Below, piece after piece: positions 62,380-64,000 of a stretch of DNA of 64,000 bases. The translations under genes and the position numbers were made by a program. The first letter of the stretch is position 1. Every line of letters begins with the position of its first letter. Below the pieces are notes generated by a model, which ran no database searches, was not told where the DNA came from, and worked only from the letters and a program-made list of their open reading frames with translations. Origin of the DNA: the human T2T-CHM13v2.0 reference genome, Homo sapiens; the NCBI RefSeq assembly GCF_009914755.1, contig NC_060928.1; one strand, 5' to 3'.

Positions 62380-62700
62380 ACAATTGGGAAAAGAAATAAG
62401 TATTTCATAAATGATGCTGATAAATTATTTTGGTAAGGGAGAATGGGAAGGAGAGATTGGAGTGGGTGTTAACCCTTTACTCTATCCTTTCACAAAAGTC
62501 CATGTCAGGCAGATTGAAGAGGTAAGTATAAAGAAAAAAAAAAAAAAAAACTCAAGAAAAAATTAAGAAGATACCATAAGATATCTCTAATTTATAATTT
62601 GTGAAAGCCTGTTTAAGTGAAAAACCAATGAAAGAAATTACCAAAGGGAAAAAAGATTTGACCACATTAAAAATATTAGAATCTATAGGTCTAATTTCAA
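62380..62700 (+). mobile_element. Old L1M ORF2 fragment, opposite orientation to its neighbour
   Basis: TTTCATAAATGATGCTG; CACAAAAGT.CATGTCAGGCAGATTGAAGAG; AAAGATTTGACCACATTAAAAAT. Confidence 0.45.
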
Positions 62701-63059
62701 TAAAAATGATTGCTAAGAGGAAATCACTCATTTTAAATGTAAATTCCTAATACTGACTGATATAACTAAATAATAAGGATGATAGCTAAATCTTTTTACA
62801 ATTGATAACCACTTAACCTAATATTCTAAAACACAGAACCATTTTATAGGCAGATATGATTCAAACATAGTTGGAATTTCATATATAATGAGGCTTTTGA
62901 AGTAAATGTATTTGTATTTTGACGATGTTTTATTAGAGAAAAATGTTGCCTTTCTAGTTAGCTGAGAGTTCAGAGAGCCCGTTTTCTGTTAAGCGACTCT
63001 TGAGCTGAAGTCCTGGGTGGAAGTGCTTACCATGGTGCCCACACTGCTGTCACCCGTGC

Positions 63060-63300
63060 CCTGATGACTGATGACTACAGCCCCAATCTCTTTCCCAGGC
63101 TCCAGGCTGATGTTTCTAACTGCCAGAAAGCCATACTTGAGTGTCAGACTGTCAATCGGTCTGTCTGAAACTTAAGAACTCATTCTCCTTTCCTAACCCG
63201 TTCCTCCCCAGGTATTCTCTCTCTCTGTTATTCCACTTTAGAAGTCTCTCTACTTTGCTTCTTTCCCTCCATTTTAATGGTATTTCTCTAGTGTGGGCCC
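63060..63300 (+). mobile_element. L2 fragment
   Basis: CTGATGACT..CAGCCCCAATCTCTTTCCCAGGCTCCAGGCT...TTCTAACTGCC...GAACTCATT. Confidence 0.55.
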
Positions 63301-64000
63301 TTCTCATGAATCACATCACTCTTTCAAAAACTTGTCCCTTTGCCTGTTTATCTTTTCTCTTTCCCCAACTCCAAAACGTAATGAGATGCTCCAGAATATA
63401 TCTGTGAAGACTCCACCTTCCCCTTGTATATTTTGGAACATTCACAACTACGAAAGAACTGTAAAAGAATGTGCCCTTTATACATTTCATTCAAACCGTA
63501 TTCCATATTCCCTCACACACTTAAAAAATATATATTGTAAATAGCAAGTGCTTTCTTAAGCAGAAGCAGTCCTGCCAAGTCAGATGTAGAGATAAATTAA
63601 AGGAATGACAGGGTGCTTGCCAATGATTGTGAGTGAAGGAGGGGGAGGAGGAGCATGAGAAGAGGATTAACTAGGATTCGCTTTTACCTTTCACCTCATG
63701 CTCACTTTCTCTCATCTCTTCATCTCCTTGGTCTTACTCTCAACTCCTTAGATCAAGGATCATGGCTGCCTTTACTCAGAACATGGACAACGGAGACACA
63801 AAAACTAAGCTAAAATTTATCTGAATATGGGGTGGACCCTGAAATGAACCACTGAAACAAAAAAAAAATCTTTTAAACTGCTTATAAATTGTGTTTATTT
63901 CTATCCTTTTAGATTTACCATAATTAAATATTATAATACACAGACACAACCTCCCTTTAATAAGCTTTACTCTTCCAAAAGTCAAGAATTGTTGTACTCT

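Overview
AT-rich primate (human/great-ape-like) non-coding DNA, intronic or intergenic. By eye, roughly half or more is transposon-derived. The dominant elements are a full-length L1PA3/PA4-type LINE-1 (20476-26623, perfect 16-bp TSD, ORF1/ORF0 dead, ORF2 with only two disabling lesions) and three older minus-strand L1s (L1PA15/16-like, L1MA2/3-like, L1MD/ME-like). Also present are six Alus, several MaLR/ERV solo LTRs, MER20 and mariner-type DNA transposon remnants, and many MIR/L2 fragments. I see no cellular protein-coding gene, RNA gene or CRISPR array, and nothing that supports a new biological system; nearly all ORFs in the track are repeat-derived or chance. The items most worth checking are fine-scale: a 32-bp collapsed hAT element that keeps both TIRs and its TSD, locally templated insertions and fold-back junctions in L1s, an unexplained ~90-bp insert in a MIR, and a speculative minus-strand spliced transcript downstream of the L1 antisense promoter. 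Subfamily names come from my recollection of consensus sequences, and old-repeat boundaries are approximate; confirm both with RepeatMasker/Dfam.
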